A stretch of 64,000 bases of DNA from Aulosira sp. ZfuVER01. Its GTDB lineage: Bacteria > Cyanobacteriota > Cyanobacteriia > Cyanobacteriales > Nostocaceae. The stretch covers positions 1 to 64,000 of the forward strand of contig JAVRCV020000025.1 in NCBI GenBank assembly GCA_034530615.2, read 5' to 3'. The notes beneath the pieces are model-generated. The model did not search any database and had not been told where the DNA came from. It saw only the letters and a list, made by a program, of their open reading frames with translations. Shown here one piece after another: positions 10,026 to 19,266 of the stretch (the first letter of the stretch is position 1; each line of letters begins with the position of its first letter). The position numbers and the translations under genes are program-made.

Positions 10026-11231
10026 TTAATCGCTTTCTCTTGATGCAGCATCATTATTTTGGTTATTTTTTATTTCCCGCATCATCGAATCAAATTCACT
10101 AGTATTTGCACCTCTAATAAAAAGAGATTGAATTTTATTGGCGATGACATCTTTAGCTATCCATTTACCAAGATTTTTCATAAAGTTTTTCAGCTTTTCA
10201 AACATGGCAAGTTCTGCCGTAGAATATTTATTTTTATATGGATATACTATTTTGCCTTTTTCGGTTTCATAATACTCTTCTTCAGGCATCAGCATTGATT
10301 TAAGTGGGTCTACCTGCCTTGCCATATCTGCTTCTGCTTTTTTGTGGCTGAGAAATAAAACATCATAAATTTTGTTGTTCCAAGTCACCCAGTAATGATT
10401 TTGAAAGAACCAACGCTTACCATCATCGCAATTAGGTTCTCTGCCTCGGTATGGTGTCTTGCTATTTTCACTTAAAAATGGTTTAGGCGTGTTCTCAATA
10501 CTGATATTTTCAATGCCAAAATATTCCTCGGCTATTTTTTTAAAAGCCCGTGCTAATGTTTGACAATCGCCTTCTCTAGTACCTTTTAAAAGGTTCTCAT
10601 GGCTTTTACTTACCATTGTGTAGTTAAAGCCTATATTTTTAAATTTGAAGAAAAGGGTTTCTAAAATTTTCTCAGGTGGTAAGGTTTCATTTATGCCGTT
10701 GACTAGTTCTTTTGCTAGTAAATAATCTTGGAGAAATTTTTGTTTTTTATCTGCTGAAGAGTTTGGCGATCGCGTTTCGTCAGCCGTGGCTTGCGAGTTC
10801 TCTTTAGTGAGTAATAGTTGGTCTTGTAAATTAGCTGTATTTATCTGGGTGACTACAGCAGCACTATCACCTTCTTGCTCGTATTGTTCAGCGATCTGAG
10901 GACGATTGGTGGCGATTTTCTCAAACTCATGACCAACACCAGACCCTTGATTTTGCAAGAAGTCATTCATTTTCGCCTGCAATACAGTCAGCCGTTCTTG
11001 TGCTTCAGGAGTTAGGCTACCGTACTTTGCCTGAATTTCTAATTTCGTCGCCTCTATCTTGTGCTGTTGAAATTCTTGGTTTTCAATTTCTACCTGAGTA
11101 AGAGGCCTGTTGGAGCGCAGTTTAGCTTTGTCAGTAGACTGGGGTGATGCTAAATGGCTTGACTCTAACTTAGAAGTTGATGAGTCAGCTTTTTTGTGGA
11201 TTCGCAGTCTTTCTTTCATCGCCAATCTCAC
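10026..11231 (-). CDS. Hypothetical protein with a cyanobacterial DUF4157/eCIS-type N-terminal leader and a putative transglutaminase/papain-like Cys-His-Asp domain
   Basis: LQAK..., GHEFEKIA and YEQEGD..A.VV.QIN motifs; GDCQTLA ... NHYWV ... IYDVLF. Confidence 0.55.
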   Translation of the reverse strand: MRLAMKERLRIHKKADSSTSKLESSHLASPQSTDKAKLRSNRPLTQVEIENQEFQQHKIEATKLEIQAKYGSLTPEAQERLTVLQAKMNDFLQNQGSGVGHEFEKIATNRPQIAEQYEQEGDSAAVVTQINTANLQDQLLLTKENSQATADETRSPNSSADKKQKFLQDYLLAKELVNGINETLPPEKILETLFFKFKNIGFNYTMVSKSHENLLKGTREGDCQTLARAFKKIAEEYFGIENISIENTPKPFLSENSKTPYRGREPNCDDGKRWFFQNHYWVTWNNKIYDVLFLSHKKAEADMARQVDPLKSMLMPEEEYYETEKGKIVYPYKNKYSTAELAMFEKLKNFMKNLGKWIAKDVIANKIQSLFIRGANTSEFDSMMREIKNNQNNDAASRESD

Positions 11232-11333
11232 AACTTAACACAAGGGGTTAAATTAATTATGTCATTGCCTATTGTCTAACTCTTTTAGACTTCAGTCGAA
11301 TTTATAGTACTTAGCTGATTTGGCTGTGCAATT

Positions 11334-11367
11334 GCGATGTCTACGACAAGCCGCTTTGCGTCTACGC
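11334..11367. repeat. Small dispersed repeat inserted in a HIP1 site (SDR5-like)
   Basis: GCGAT-GTCTACGACAAGCCGCTTTGCGTCTA-CGC splits GCGATCGC. Confidence 0.65.
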
Positions 11368-11497
11368 ACAAGCAGGTAATATCTCAGGGGGAACTCCAAA
11401 GAATAAATTGTCCGATTTGTAGGGGCACGAGCATCCACCACCTATGTCAACTTAAGCTAAAAGCTATATAGGGCAAGCGTTGTACAAATCCCCTTCC

Positions 11498-11672
11498 TCA
11501 CAGGTGTAGGTTTTTGATGTGGGCATGAGTAGGCAGTTTCAAACAGTGTTCTAAACGTGGTTAAAATAACAAAATTTCGTTCTTAGGCGGAAAATCAGAG
11601 ACTAAAATTTGAGTTTTCAGCCAACGGAAAAACCTCATTTCAGGCACATTTGAAAAATACCTACACCTGTCA
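11498..11672. mobile_element. MITE / IS remnant with terminal inverted repeats
   Basis: TCACAGGTGTAGGTTTTT ... AAAAATACCTACACCTGTCA; related ends at 57928-58051. Confidence 0.6.
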
Positions 11673-11785
11673 GCTTGTCCCCCTGCCCTAAACGCGATCG
11701 CATATTTGAAGTCCCTTGTTAAAGTGATGCCCTAACTTCGGTAGGATTTGATTGCAGGCTCCCTTCAGTAGGCTGACAATTCATC

Positions 11786-14494
11786 ATGATGGTGAAAGCA
11801 ACTCAATTGTCTCTGCTAAATGCAATCAAATTTCCCAGGCGGACTTTTAAATTTTTACGTCTGCCTTTGTACTTTCTCATGGCTTTGCTGTGCAGCCTTA
11901 GTTCCCCAATAATGGCGGCGGTTCCGGGAATCAACACTGCTTCTCAACCGATAATCAACCAAATTGCTGCACCTACCTCCCAACTTCAACAGGGGAAAGC
12001 GCTTTACGATACAGGTAGGTTTGCTGAGGCTGTGCAAGTTTTGCAGCAAGCAGTGAAAACATACCAAACTCAAGGTGATACCCTCAGCCAAGCAGCAACT
12101 TTAAGTAATCTTTCCCTCGCTTACCAGCAACTCGGTAAATGGACAGAAGCCAAGCAGGTAATTACAGAAAGCCTGAATTTGCTTCAAGGAGAACAAAATA
12201 GCCAAAGTCTTTTAGTATTTGCTCAATCGCTGGATATTCAAGGACGCCTGCAAATAGCTACAGGACAAACTGAGGCAGCTCTAGCAACTTGGCAGGAAAC
12301 AGCAAAAATTTATACGCAATTAAAAAATCAAAACGGTGTAGTTAAATCCCTAATCAACCAAGCACAGGCTTGGCGGAGTAAAGGCTCTTATCGTCGTGCA
12401 GTAGAAATACTGAAAGATGTAAACCAGAAGCTACAATCGCAGCCAGACTCGCTAGAAAAAGTAGTGGGATTGCGATCGCTTGGCGATATTCTCTTAGTAA
12501 TAGGCGATGGAGAAAAGTCTCGCACTGCTTTAAAGCAAAGTCTAGAAATTGCAGAGCATTTGCAGTCTAATGCACAGATGGGAGCCAGTCTTTTGAGTCT
12601 GGGAAACAATGCTCGGACACAGCAGAAGATATCAGATGCGATCGCTAATTATCAAAAAGCTGTGGAAGTTTCTCCCTCACCTCTCACGAAAGTCCAAGCA
12701 CAGCTAAATCTCCTCAGCCTACTAATCGAAGATCGTCAATTAACAGCGGCGAAAACTTTATTACCATCAATTCAATCCCAGCTTGCACAACTCCCCCAGA
12801 GTCGTGCTGCTATTTACGCTCAAATTAACTTTGCTCAAAGCCTCAACAAAGTTTTGAGTACTGAGTTGCGAGTACCTAGTACCAATTCTCCATCATCAAT
12901 GAGTTCTCAAGGCTCAATACTTAGTATTCAATACTCATCAACTAGCTCTCAAGACGTAGCACAAATCCTCGCCAAAGCCATTGAGCAATCTCGCGGTTTG
13001 GGCGACCAACAAACAGAAGCTTATGCACTGTTGAGTTTGGGTCACTTGTATGAAGAAACACAACAATGGTCAGAAGCACAAAAGCTGACTCAGCAGGCGT
13101 TAGTCTTAGCTCAGACAAGCAATGCACCAGAAATTGTCTATCGCGTAGATTGGCAATTAGGCAGATTACTTTGGGCGCAAAAAGATCTCAAAGGAGCGAT
13201 CGCAGCCTATGATGCGGCAGTAGATACTCTGCAATTACTCCGGCGTGATTTGGTAGCAATCAATCAGGACGTGCAATTTAGCTTCCGCGACAGTGTAGAA
13301 CCAGTGTATCGACAGTCAGTAGAGTTATTGCTGCAATCCCCAACCGGAAAACCGGATGCAGCCACATTAGATAAAGCACGCCAGCGAATTGAGGCTTTAC
13401 AGTTGGCAGAATTAGATAACTTCTTTCGCGAAGCTTGTCTGTTAGGTCAGAGTGTAGCTTTAGATAAAGTAGTAGACCAAGATAATCCTACCGCCGCCAT
13501 CCTCTATCCCATTATTCTCCCCGACCAGATCCAAGTAATTGTCAAAATTCCTAAACAACCCCTACAGCAATACAGCACCAAAATTTCTCAAGCAGAAATC
13601 AACAAAACATTAATAGAACTCCGCAAAAATCTAGTCAATCCTGCTGCTACCAACGCCGTCAAAACTCAATCGCAACAAGTTTATAACTGGCTGATTCAAC
13701 CCATTGAGTCCGAATTGCAAGCCAAGAAAGTAAATACTCTAGTATTTGTACTGGATGGGGCTTTACGCAACTTACCAATGGCTTCTCTTTATGACGGCAA
13801 GCAGTATTTAATAGAGAAATATGCGATCGCTCTGAGTGTCGGACTCCAACTTCTAGACCCCAAACCCTTAGTCAAACAGCAAATCAAAGCGTTAACTGCT
13901 GGGCTAACTCAGCCCCCGCCAAATTTCCCCAATTTTTCACCGCTACCTGCAATCAAATCGGAAGTCGATTTAATTATCAAAGCGGGAATCTCTACAATCA
14001 GCCTCTGGGATCAGCAATTCACTCAACAAGCTTTAGAGAAAGAAGTTAATACTATTCCCTTTAATGTTGTGCATCTCGCCACCCACGGTCAGTTTAGTTC
14101 CCGCGCCGAGAACACATTTATCTTAGCTGCTGATGGCCCCATTAATGTGACGCAATTCGATAGTCTGCTCCGCAGTCGGGATGAAAGCAAACCACAAGCT
14201 GTAGAACTATTAGTTTTTAGTGCTTGTCAAACCGCCGTCGGAGATAACCGCGCCGCCCTTGGTTTAGCTGGAGCCGCAGTTAGGGCTGGCGCACGTAGTA
14301 CTTTGGCATCTCTGTGGCAGATTGATGATGAATCAACAGCTTTGTTTGTCGGTGCGTTCTATAAAGCACTGCAAGAAGGTAAAGTTACCAAAGCTGAAGC
14401 TCTCCGCCACGCCCAGTTGCAATTACTGAAACATCCCAACTACAATGCACCCAGCTTTTGGTCTGCCTATGTTTTAATTGGTAACTGGCTTTAA
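11786..14494 (+). CDS. Secreted/periplasmic TPR-CHAT (caspase-like) protein
   Basis: N-terminal signal-like segment, TPR array, LQLAELDNFFR, CHAT VVHLATHGQF / FSACQT / FWSAYVLIGNWL. Confidence 0.92.
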   Translation: MMVKATQLSLLNAIKFPRRTFKFLRLPLYFLMALLCSLSSPIMAAVPGINTASQPIINQIAAPTSQLQQGKALYDTGRFAEAVQVLQQAVKTYQTQGDTLSQAATLSNLSLAYQQLGKWTEAKQVITESLNLLQGEQNSQSLLVFAQSLDIQGRLQIATGQTEAALATWQETAKIYTQLKNQNGVVKSLINQAQAWRSKGSYRRAVEILKDVNQKLQSQPDSLEKVVGLRSLGDILLVIGDGEKSRTALKQSLEIAEHLQSNAQMGASLLSLGNNARTQQKISDAIANYQKAVEVSPSPLTKVQAQLNLLSLLIEDRQLTAAKTLLPSIQSQLAQLPQSRAAIYAQINFAQSLNKVLSTELRVPSTNSPSSMSSQGSILSIQYSSTSSQDVAQILAKAIEQSRGLGDQQTEAYALLSLGHLYEETQQWSEAQKLTQQALVLAQTSNAPEIVYRVDWQLGRLLWAQKDLKGAIAAYDAAVDTLQLLRRDLVAINQDVQFSFRDSVEPVYRQSVELLLQSPTGKPDAATLDKARQRIEALQLAELDNFFREACLLGQSVALDKVVDQDNPTAAILYPIILPDQIQVIVKIPKQPLQQYSTKISQAEINKTLIELRKNLVNPAATNAVKTQSQQVYNWLIQPIESELQAKKVNTLVFVLDGALRNLPMASLYDGKQYLIEKYAIALSVGLQLLDPKPLVKQQIKALTAGLTQPPPNFPNFSPLPAIKSEVDLIIKAGISTISLWDQQFTQQALEKEVNTIPFNVVHLATHGQFSSRAENTFILAADGPINVTQFDSLLRSRDESKPQAVELLVFSACQTAVGDNRAALGLAGAAVRAGARSTLASLWQIDDESTALFVGAFYKALQEGKVTKAEALRHAQLQLLKHPNYNAPSFWSAYVLIGNWL

Positions 14495-14497
14495 GTA

Positions 14498-14526
14498 TGG
14501 GCATGGGGCATTGGGCATTGGGCAAT
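14498..14526. repeat. STRR-type heptamer repeats (GGGCATT/GGGCATG), with an inverted copy at ~14666-14696
   Basis: ATGGGCATGGGGCATTGGGCATTGGGCA and CCCATGCCCAATGCCCCATGCCCTATGCCCA. Confidence 0.8.
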
Positions 14527-14621
14527 AAAGGAATAGGCAAGAGTCATTTTTTCTCCCTCATCCTCCTCAATCCCCCCTTGCTCCCTTCCTAAGCAAGTAA
14601 TTTCAGCAATCAAATCAGCCA

Positions 14622-14707
14622 TTCACGCCAGGTTTTGTCATAACCAAGCATGAAAATCTGTCTTTCCCATGCCCAATGCCCCATGCCCTATGCCCATTTT
14701 CAAGCTA
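14622..14707. repeat. Dispersed composite repeat (second copy 61942-62076)
   Basis: TTCACGCCAGGTTTTG....AACCAAGCATGAAAATCT start and ATTTTCAAGCTA end shared by both copies. Confidence 0.7.
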
Positions 14708-14860
14708 AATTGCTATGTTTCATAAATAGATCAAAATTATGAATCAATTATGAAATCTTATTTTTATTCCCAAAAACTTAATAATTCAACATTTATGGCA
14801 TAAATTCCGAGAATGCGTCCGATATGTGTATAGCAGCATCAATCACCGGGAACTAAATTT

Positions 14861-15829
14861 ATGACTAACACCACCTATCAGCAAGACAATTTCGCTGTAC
14901 CTTTGCCGATCGCTCAAGCAGCACGCAAAACTGCTCAAACTTTTGCCAACCAGCAGCCAACTCCCGAAAAAGCCGAGCAAGTTAGACTGAATACCCTAGC
15001 TGTATGGGTGGTGAATGAATACTTGCAAATGATGGACATTTCTACTGACCTGACAGCTAGTGATAGTTGGAACCCTGTAATGCGGCTGTTTGCAGATGTA
15101 GCAGACTTGGAAATGCCAGCCGTTGGTCGTTTAGAGTGTCGTCCTGTAAGTATGATTGAACACACTTGCTCTGTTCCCCCAGAAACGTGGGAAGAACGAG
15201 TAGGTTACGTAGTCGTGCAAATTGACGAATCGCTCCAAGAAGCGAAGTTACTGGGTTTTGTGCCCAGTGTGGCTAAGGAAGAACTACCTTTAAGTCAATT
15301 GCAACCCCCTGAAGCATTGATCGAACATTTAGGACAACTCAGGCAATCTCCAGCCAGCACCCTAGTGAATTTGAGCCAGTGGTTTACTGGTATATTTGAA
15401 TCAAGCTGGCAAACTATTGAAGCTTTGTGGAACTCCCAGGAGCCTGGACTAGCTTACGCTTTCCGCAGTCCTGAGATTTTTGAACAACAAACGTCAAACC
15501 AGTCAGACGCAGTCACAAGACGGGCGAAATTGCTTGATTTGGGCATCCAAATCGCTGACCAACCACTTATGTTGATTGTAGAAATTAGCCCCCAAGCTGA
15601 CCAAAAAACCAGCATTCGCATCCAGTTGCATCCCACAGGTAATCAAATTTACCTACCACCAGGAGCGCAACTTACGGTTTTAGATGATTCGGGAGCAGTA
15701 TTTCTAGAAGCTCAAGCTCGAAGTGCAGACAACTACATTCAATTGCAGTTGCGAGGTGAAACCGGAGAGGCATTTAGCGTTAGGGTGGCATTGAATGATA
15801 TCAGTATTACAGAACAATTTGTGATTTAA
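14861..15829 (+). CDS. DUF1822 family protein
   Basis: LNTLAV.VV..YL, SDSWNP..R...DVADL, LECRPV, VNLSQWF.G.FE..WQ, LP.G..L.VLD.SG, QARSADNYIQL motifs. Confidence 0.9.
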   Translation: MTNTTYQQDNFAVPLPIAQAARKTAQTFANQQPTPEKAEQVRLNTLAVWVVNEYLQMMDISTDLTASDSWNPVMRLFADVADLEMPAVGRLECRPVSMIEHTCSVPPETWEERVGYVVVQIDESLQEAKLLGFVPSVAKEELPLSQLQPPEALIEHLGQLRQSPASTLVNLSQWFTGIFESSWQTIEALWNSQEPGLAYAFRSPEIFEQQTSNQSDAVTRRAKLLDLGIQIADQPLMLIVEISPQADQKTSIRIQLHPTGNQIYLPPGAQLTVLDDSGAVFLEAQARSADNYIQLQLRGETGEAFSVRVALNDISITEQFVI

Positions 15830-15980
15830 GGTTGCAGCTACTCCGCGTTTGGTCAGTAACCAGTGCTGATAAACTTGATATTTTATACCTATAGAGGAAG
15901 CAAGATTCAAAAAGCAAAATTCAAGGCTGACTATTTTGAGTTTTGAACTTTGAATTTTAAATTGGAGCGTAGCGACTGTC

Positions 15981-18326
15981 ATGAGTAAGTTAGTAATTCT
16001 GAAATTTGCCGATGGTAGTTTTGAGCAAGGGTTTGGTGTGACCTTGCAAATTGGCGAAGAATGCGATCGCCCCGCCACAGAAATTACGGGAAAGCTGCCT
16101 CCATGTCCAGAAATACCGCTATACTACAGTCACTGGCAATCGAGTTATCGACGTTTAGGCAACGGTTATCGCCTAGATGCAGAGAAGGTACAGATAACTA
16201 ATGTGTCTATGACACAAGATTGTCTCAATACATCCCATATTTTACGCGCACGCTTTAATACCTGGCTGCGAGCAGAGGAGTTTCGGCCGCTGCGGGAGAA
16301 ATGGCTGGAAAGATTAATGCCTTCAGACGAAGTGCGGGTAATTTTACAAGCAGAAAATAGCCAATTGCAACGATTACCTTGGCATCTTTGGGACTTATTA
16401 GAACGCTATCCCAAGGCAGAAATTGCCTTGTCATCACCAAGCTATGAGCGCGTTCATAAGCCACGCACCCCCAACAAATTGGTGAATATATTGGCAATTG
16501 TCGGTAATAGCGAGGGAATTGACACCAAGGCTGACCGAGATTTATTACAACGTTGTAAAAATGCAGAAATTTGTTTTTTAGTCGAACCAGAACGCAAGGA
16601 ATTAACTGACCATCTTTGGGAGAAAAACTGGGATATTCTCTTCTTCGCCGGACACAGTTCCAGTCAAGGAAAAGATGGTAGTGGGCGGATTTATTTAAAT
16701 AAAACCGATAGCTTAAGTATTAGCGAATTAAAATATGCCCTGAAAAAAGCCATTGAACGCGGCTTACAATTAGCAATTTTCAACTCTTGTGATGGATTGG
16801 GACTAGCACAAGAACTCGCTGATTTGCAGATACCGCAAATGATAATTATGCGAGAGCCTGTCCCCGATCGGGTAGCTCAGGAGTTTTTAAAGTATTTTCT
16901 TGGCAGCTTTGCAGGTGGAGAATCTTTATATCAGTCGGTGCGACAAGCGCGGGAACGCTTGCAAGGACTAGAGGATCGATTTCCCTGCGCGACTTGGCTA
17001 CCTGTGATTTGCCAAAATCCCGCACAACCGCCCTCTACTTGGGAAGGACTAACACGCGCCAGAAAAGTACTCAGCTCAAATTCAGCGCTGTTTAACAAAC
17101 GCGGCTTTCAGGTAGCTTTATTCTCCAGTTTGATGATGACTGCTTTAGTTTGCGGCGTCAGATTTTTGGGACTGCTACAAAGTGTAGAATTGCAAGCCTT
17201 TGACCGAATGATGCGATCGCGTCCATCTGAGGGACCAGATCCGCGGTTGCTGTTGGTAACAATAGACGATGCAGATTTGGCAGTACAACGCCACAATGGT
17301 GAGGAGTTAAAAGGAACTTCCCTCTCCGATAAATCGCTCCAGAAGTTGCTACTCAAACTGCAACAGTATCAACCCCGGGCCATTGGTTTGGATATTTATC
17401 GTGATTTTCCTGCCGAAGAAAAAGATTTAATTCCCCTACTTCAGCACACCGATAACTTGATAGGGGTTTGTAAAGGAAGTGATACCACAGAACAAACGAA
17501 AGGTATTGCATCACCCCCAGAAATCCCCAAAGAACGCTTAGGATTCAGCGACTTCATTCACGATCCCGATGGAGTTGTGCGCCGCCATCTGTTGTTCATG
17601 AATCAAGAAGCCGCATCATTATGTACTACGTCTTATGCGCTTAGTGCCCAATTAGCATTCCGCTATCTCCTACCCTTAGGAATTCAACCAAAATTTACTG
17701 CCCAAAGAAATTTGCAACTTGGCAGTCATGTTTTACCACGCCTTTCGTCTCGTGCTAGTGGGTATCAAAGCATTGATGCCAATGGCGGCCAACTTTTACT
17801 CAACTACCGTTCCACCAAAAAGATTGCCGAACAGGTAACACTCACACAATTACTATCTGGCCCCATCAACCCCAACGCCATCAAAGACAGGATTGTGTTG
17901 ATTGGTGTCGCCGCCAAAGGCGATTTCCCAGACTACTGGGCTACACCCTACGGAAATAACCTAGATGCCCAAATGCCAGGAGTAATATTACAAGCGCAGA
18001 TGGTTAGCCAAATCCTCAGTGCTGTCTTAGATGGGCGTCCGTTGTTAAGGGTTTGGCCATTTGGGCTGGAATTGCTCTGGATTTGGAGTTGGGCTGGTAT
18101 TGGAAGCGTGCTGGCTTGGCGTTTATCTTCTGTTTCCGGATTGATATTAGCAGTTACTATTACCTCTGGCGTTTTGTATTTGTTTTGCTTTGGTTTGTTA
18201 ATTTGGGGTTTTTGGGTACCTTTTGTGCCCTCAGCTTTGTCATTCATAGGGACAATTGGGGGAATTTTAGTCCAAAATTCAAAATTTAAAATTCTAAATT
18301 CTAAATTAATCCGGGAAAATATTTAA
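15981..18326 (+). CDS. CHAT-like peptidase domain plus CHASE2 sensor membrane protein
   Basis: N-terminal CHAT-like (LPWHLW, FFAGHS, IFNSCDG), TM helix, CHASE2 (PDPRLLLVTIDD, IGLDIYRD, DPDGVVRR, MPGV..QAQMVSQ), three C-terminal TMs. Confidence 0.88.
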   Translation: MSKLVILKFADGSFEQGFGVTLQIGEECDRPATEITGKLPPCPEIPLYYSHWQSSYRRLGNGYRLDAEKVQITNVSMTQDCLNTSHILRARFNTWLRAEEFRPLREKWLERLMPSDEVRVILQAENSQLQRLPWHLWDLLERYPKAEIALSSPSYERVHKPRTPNKLVNILAIVGNSEGIDTKADRDLLQRCKNAEICFLVEPERKELTDHLWEKNWDILFFAGHSSSQGKDGSGRIYLNKTDSLSISELKYALKKAIERGLQLAIFNSCDGLGLAQELADLQIPQMIIMREPVPDRVAQEFLKYFLGSFAGGESLYQSVRQARERLQGLEDRFPCATWLPVICQNPAQPPSTWEGLTRARKVLSSNSALFNKRGFQVALFSSLMMTALVCGVRFLGLLQSVELQAFDRMMRSRPSEGPDPRLLLVTIDDADLAVQRHNGEELKGTSLSDKSLQKLLLKLQQYQPRAIGLDIYRDFPAEEKDLIPLLQHTDNLIGVCKGSDTTEQTKGIASPPEIPKERLGFSDFIHDPDGVVRRHLLFMNQEAASLCTTSYALSAQLAFRYLLPLGIQPKFTAQRNLQLGSHVLPRLSSRASGYQSIDANGGQLLLNYRSTKKIAEQVTLTQLLSGPINPNAIKDRIVLIGVAAKGDFPDYWATPYGNNLDAQMPGVILQAQMVSQILSAVLDGRPLLRVWPFGLELLWIWSWAGIGSVLAWRLSSVSGLILAVTITSGVLYLFCFGLLIWGFWVPFVPSALSFIGTIGGILVQNSKFKILNSKLIRENI

Positions 18327-18379
18327 GGCAAGTCCAAAAATTGTGGCTAGATTTCATCTGCTGATTCCCTATAAATTTT

Positions 18380-19171
18380 ATGAATTCACTTTTAAAATCC
18401 GTAAAACTGTCTTTAGTACTAGTTGTTGGTTGCACTAGTATCCTGACTAGTCAGACATCAATTTTGGCAGATCCAGCAACCCCTAGACAGCCTAGTAGTA
18501 CAGCCAGTGTCAATACAACTATCCACTTCAATCCACCGCAACCGCCCCCAGAACCGCCTCCAGGTGGTCGGGTTTTAGGAGGAGCCAAGCGGGGTACTTG
18601 TCCGCAGTTCAAACCTGAACTAACGGCCTTGGTACCGTTTACGCAGAAAACATCCACAAATGTAGATGTTTGGGGATTGACAACGGCGGCACACCCAACT
18701 TTCTGGTTTTATGTGCCACTACAAAAAAATGCGGCATATCCAGCTGAATTTGTGCTGCAAGATGAAGCAGCAAACCCTATTTATCAAACTGCGATCGCTC
18801 TCCCAGATCAACCTGGAGTCATAGGTATTTCTCTACCGAAAACAGTTGCACCATTGGCATTAAACAAACGCTACCGCTGGTTTTTCAGCATCTACTGCGA
18901 CCAAGAAAAACAATGGCCCCCGGTTTATGTTGAAGGAGTGATCCAGCGAGTAAACTTGAGTCAGGCGATCGCTCAACAACTAGAAACAGCTAAACCTCAA
19001 CAGCAATCTGCCATCTATGCCGAAAATGGCATCTGGTACGAAACACTAACTACACTCGCACAACTACGTCTGAAGAATCCTAACGATAGTAAGCTTCAGG
19101 CAGAATGGCGCAAATTAATCACCAGCATCGGTTTAAGTGATGTGGCAACACAACCAATTGTCTCACAGTAA
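18380..19171 (+). CDS. DUF928 family exported protein
   Basis: Signal peptide; GGAKRG.C, LTALVP, HPTFWFYVP, YRWFFSIYC, YAENGIWYE.L..LA.LR. Confidence 0.92.
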   Translation: MNSLLKSVKLSLVLVVGCTSILTSQTSILADPATPRQPSSTASVNTTIHFNPPQPPPEPPPGGRVLGGAKRGTCPQFKPELTALVPFTQKTSTNVDVWGLTTAAHPTFWFYVPLQKNAAYPAEFVLQDEAANPIYQTAIALPDQPGVIGISLPKTVAPLALNKRYRWFFSIYCDQEKQWPPVYVEGVIQRVNLSQAIAQQLETAKPQQQSAIYAENGIWYETLTTLAQLRLKNPNDSKLQAEWRKLITSIGLSDVATQPIVSQ

Positions 19172-19266
19172 CTTTAGCTAATTCGAGCATTCATCTCGCG
19201 CTCAACTTTACCTGAGTCGTGAAATGAATGCTCAGACAAAATTGAAGTAAACGATTTAGAGCAGCA

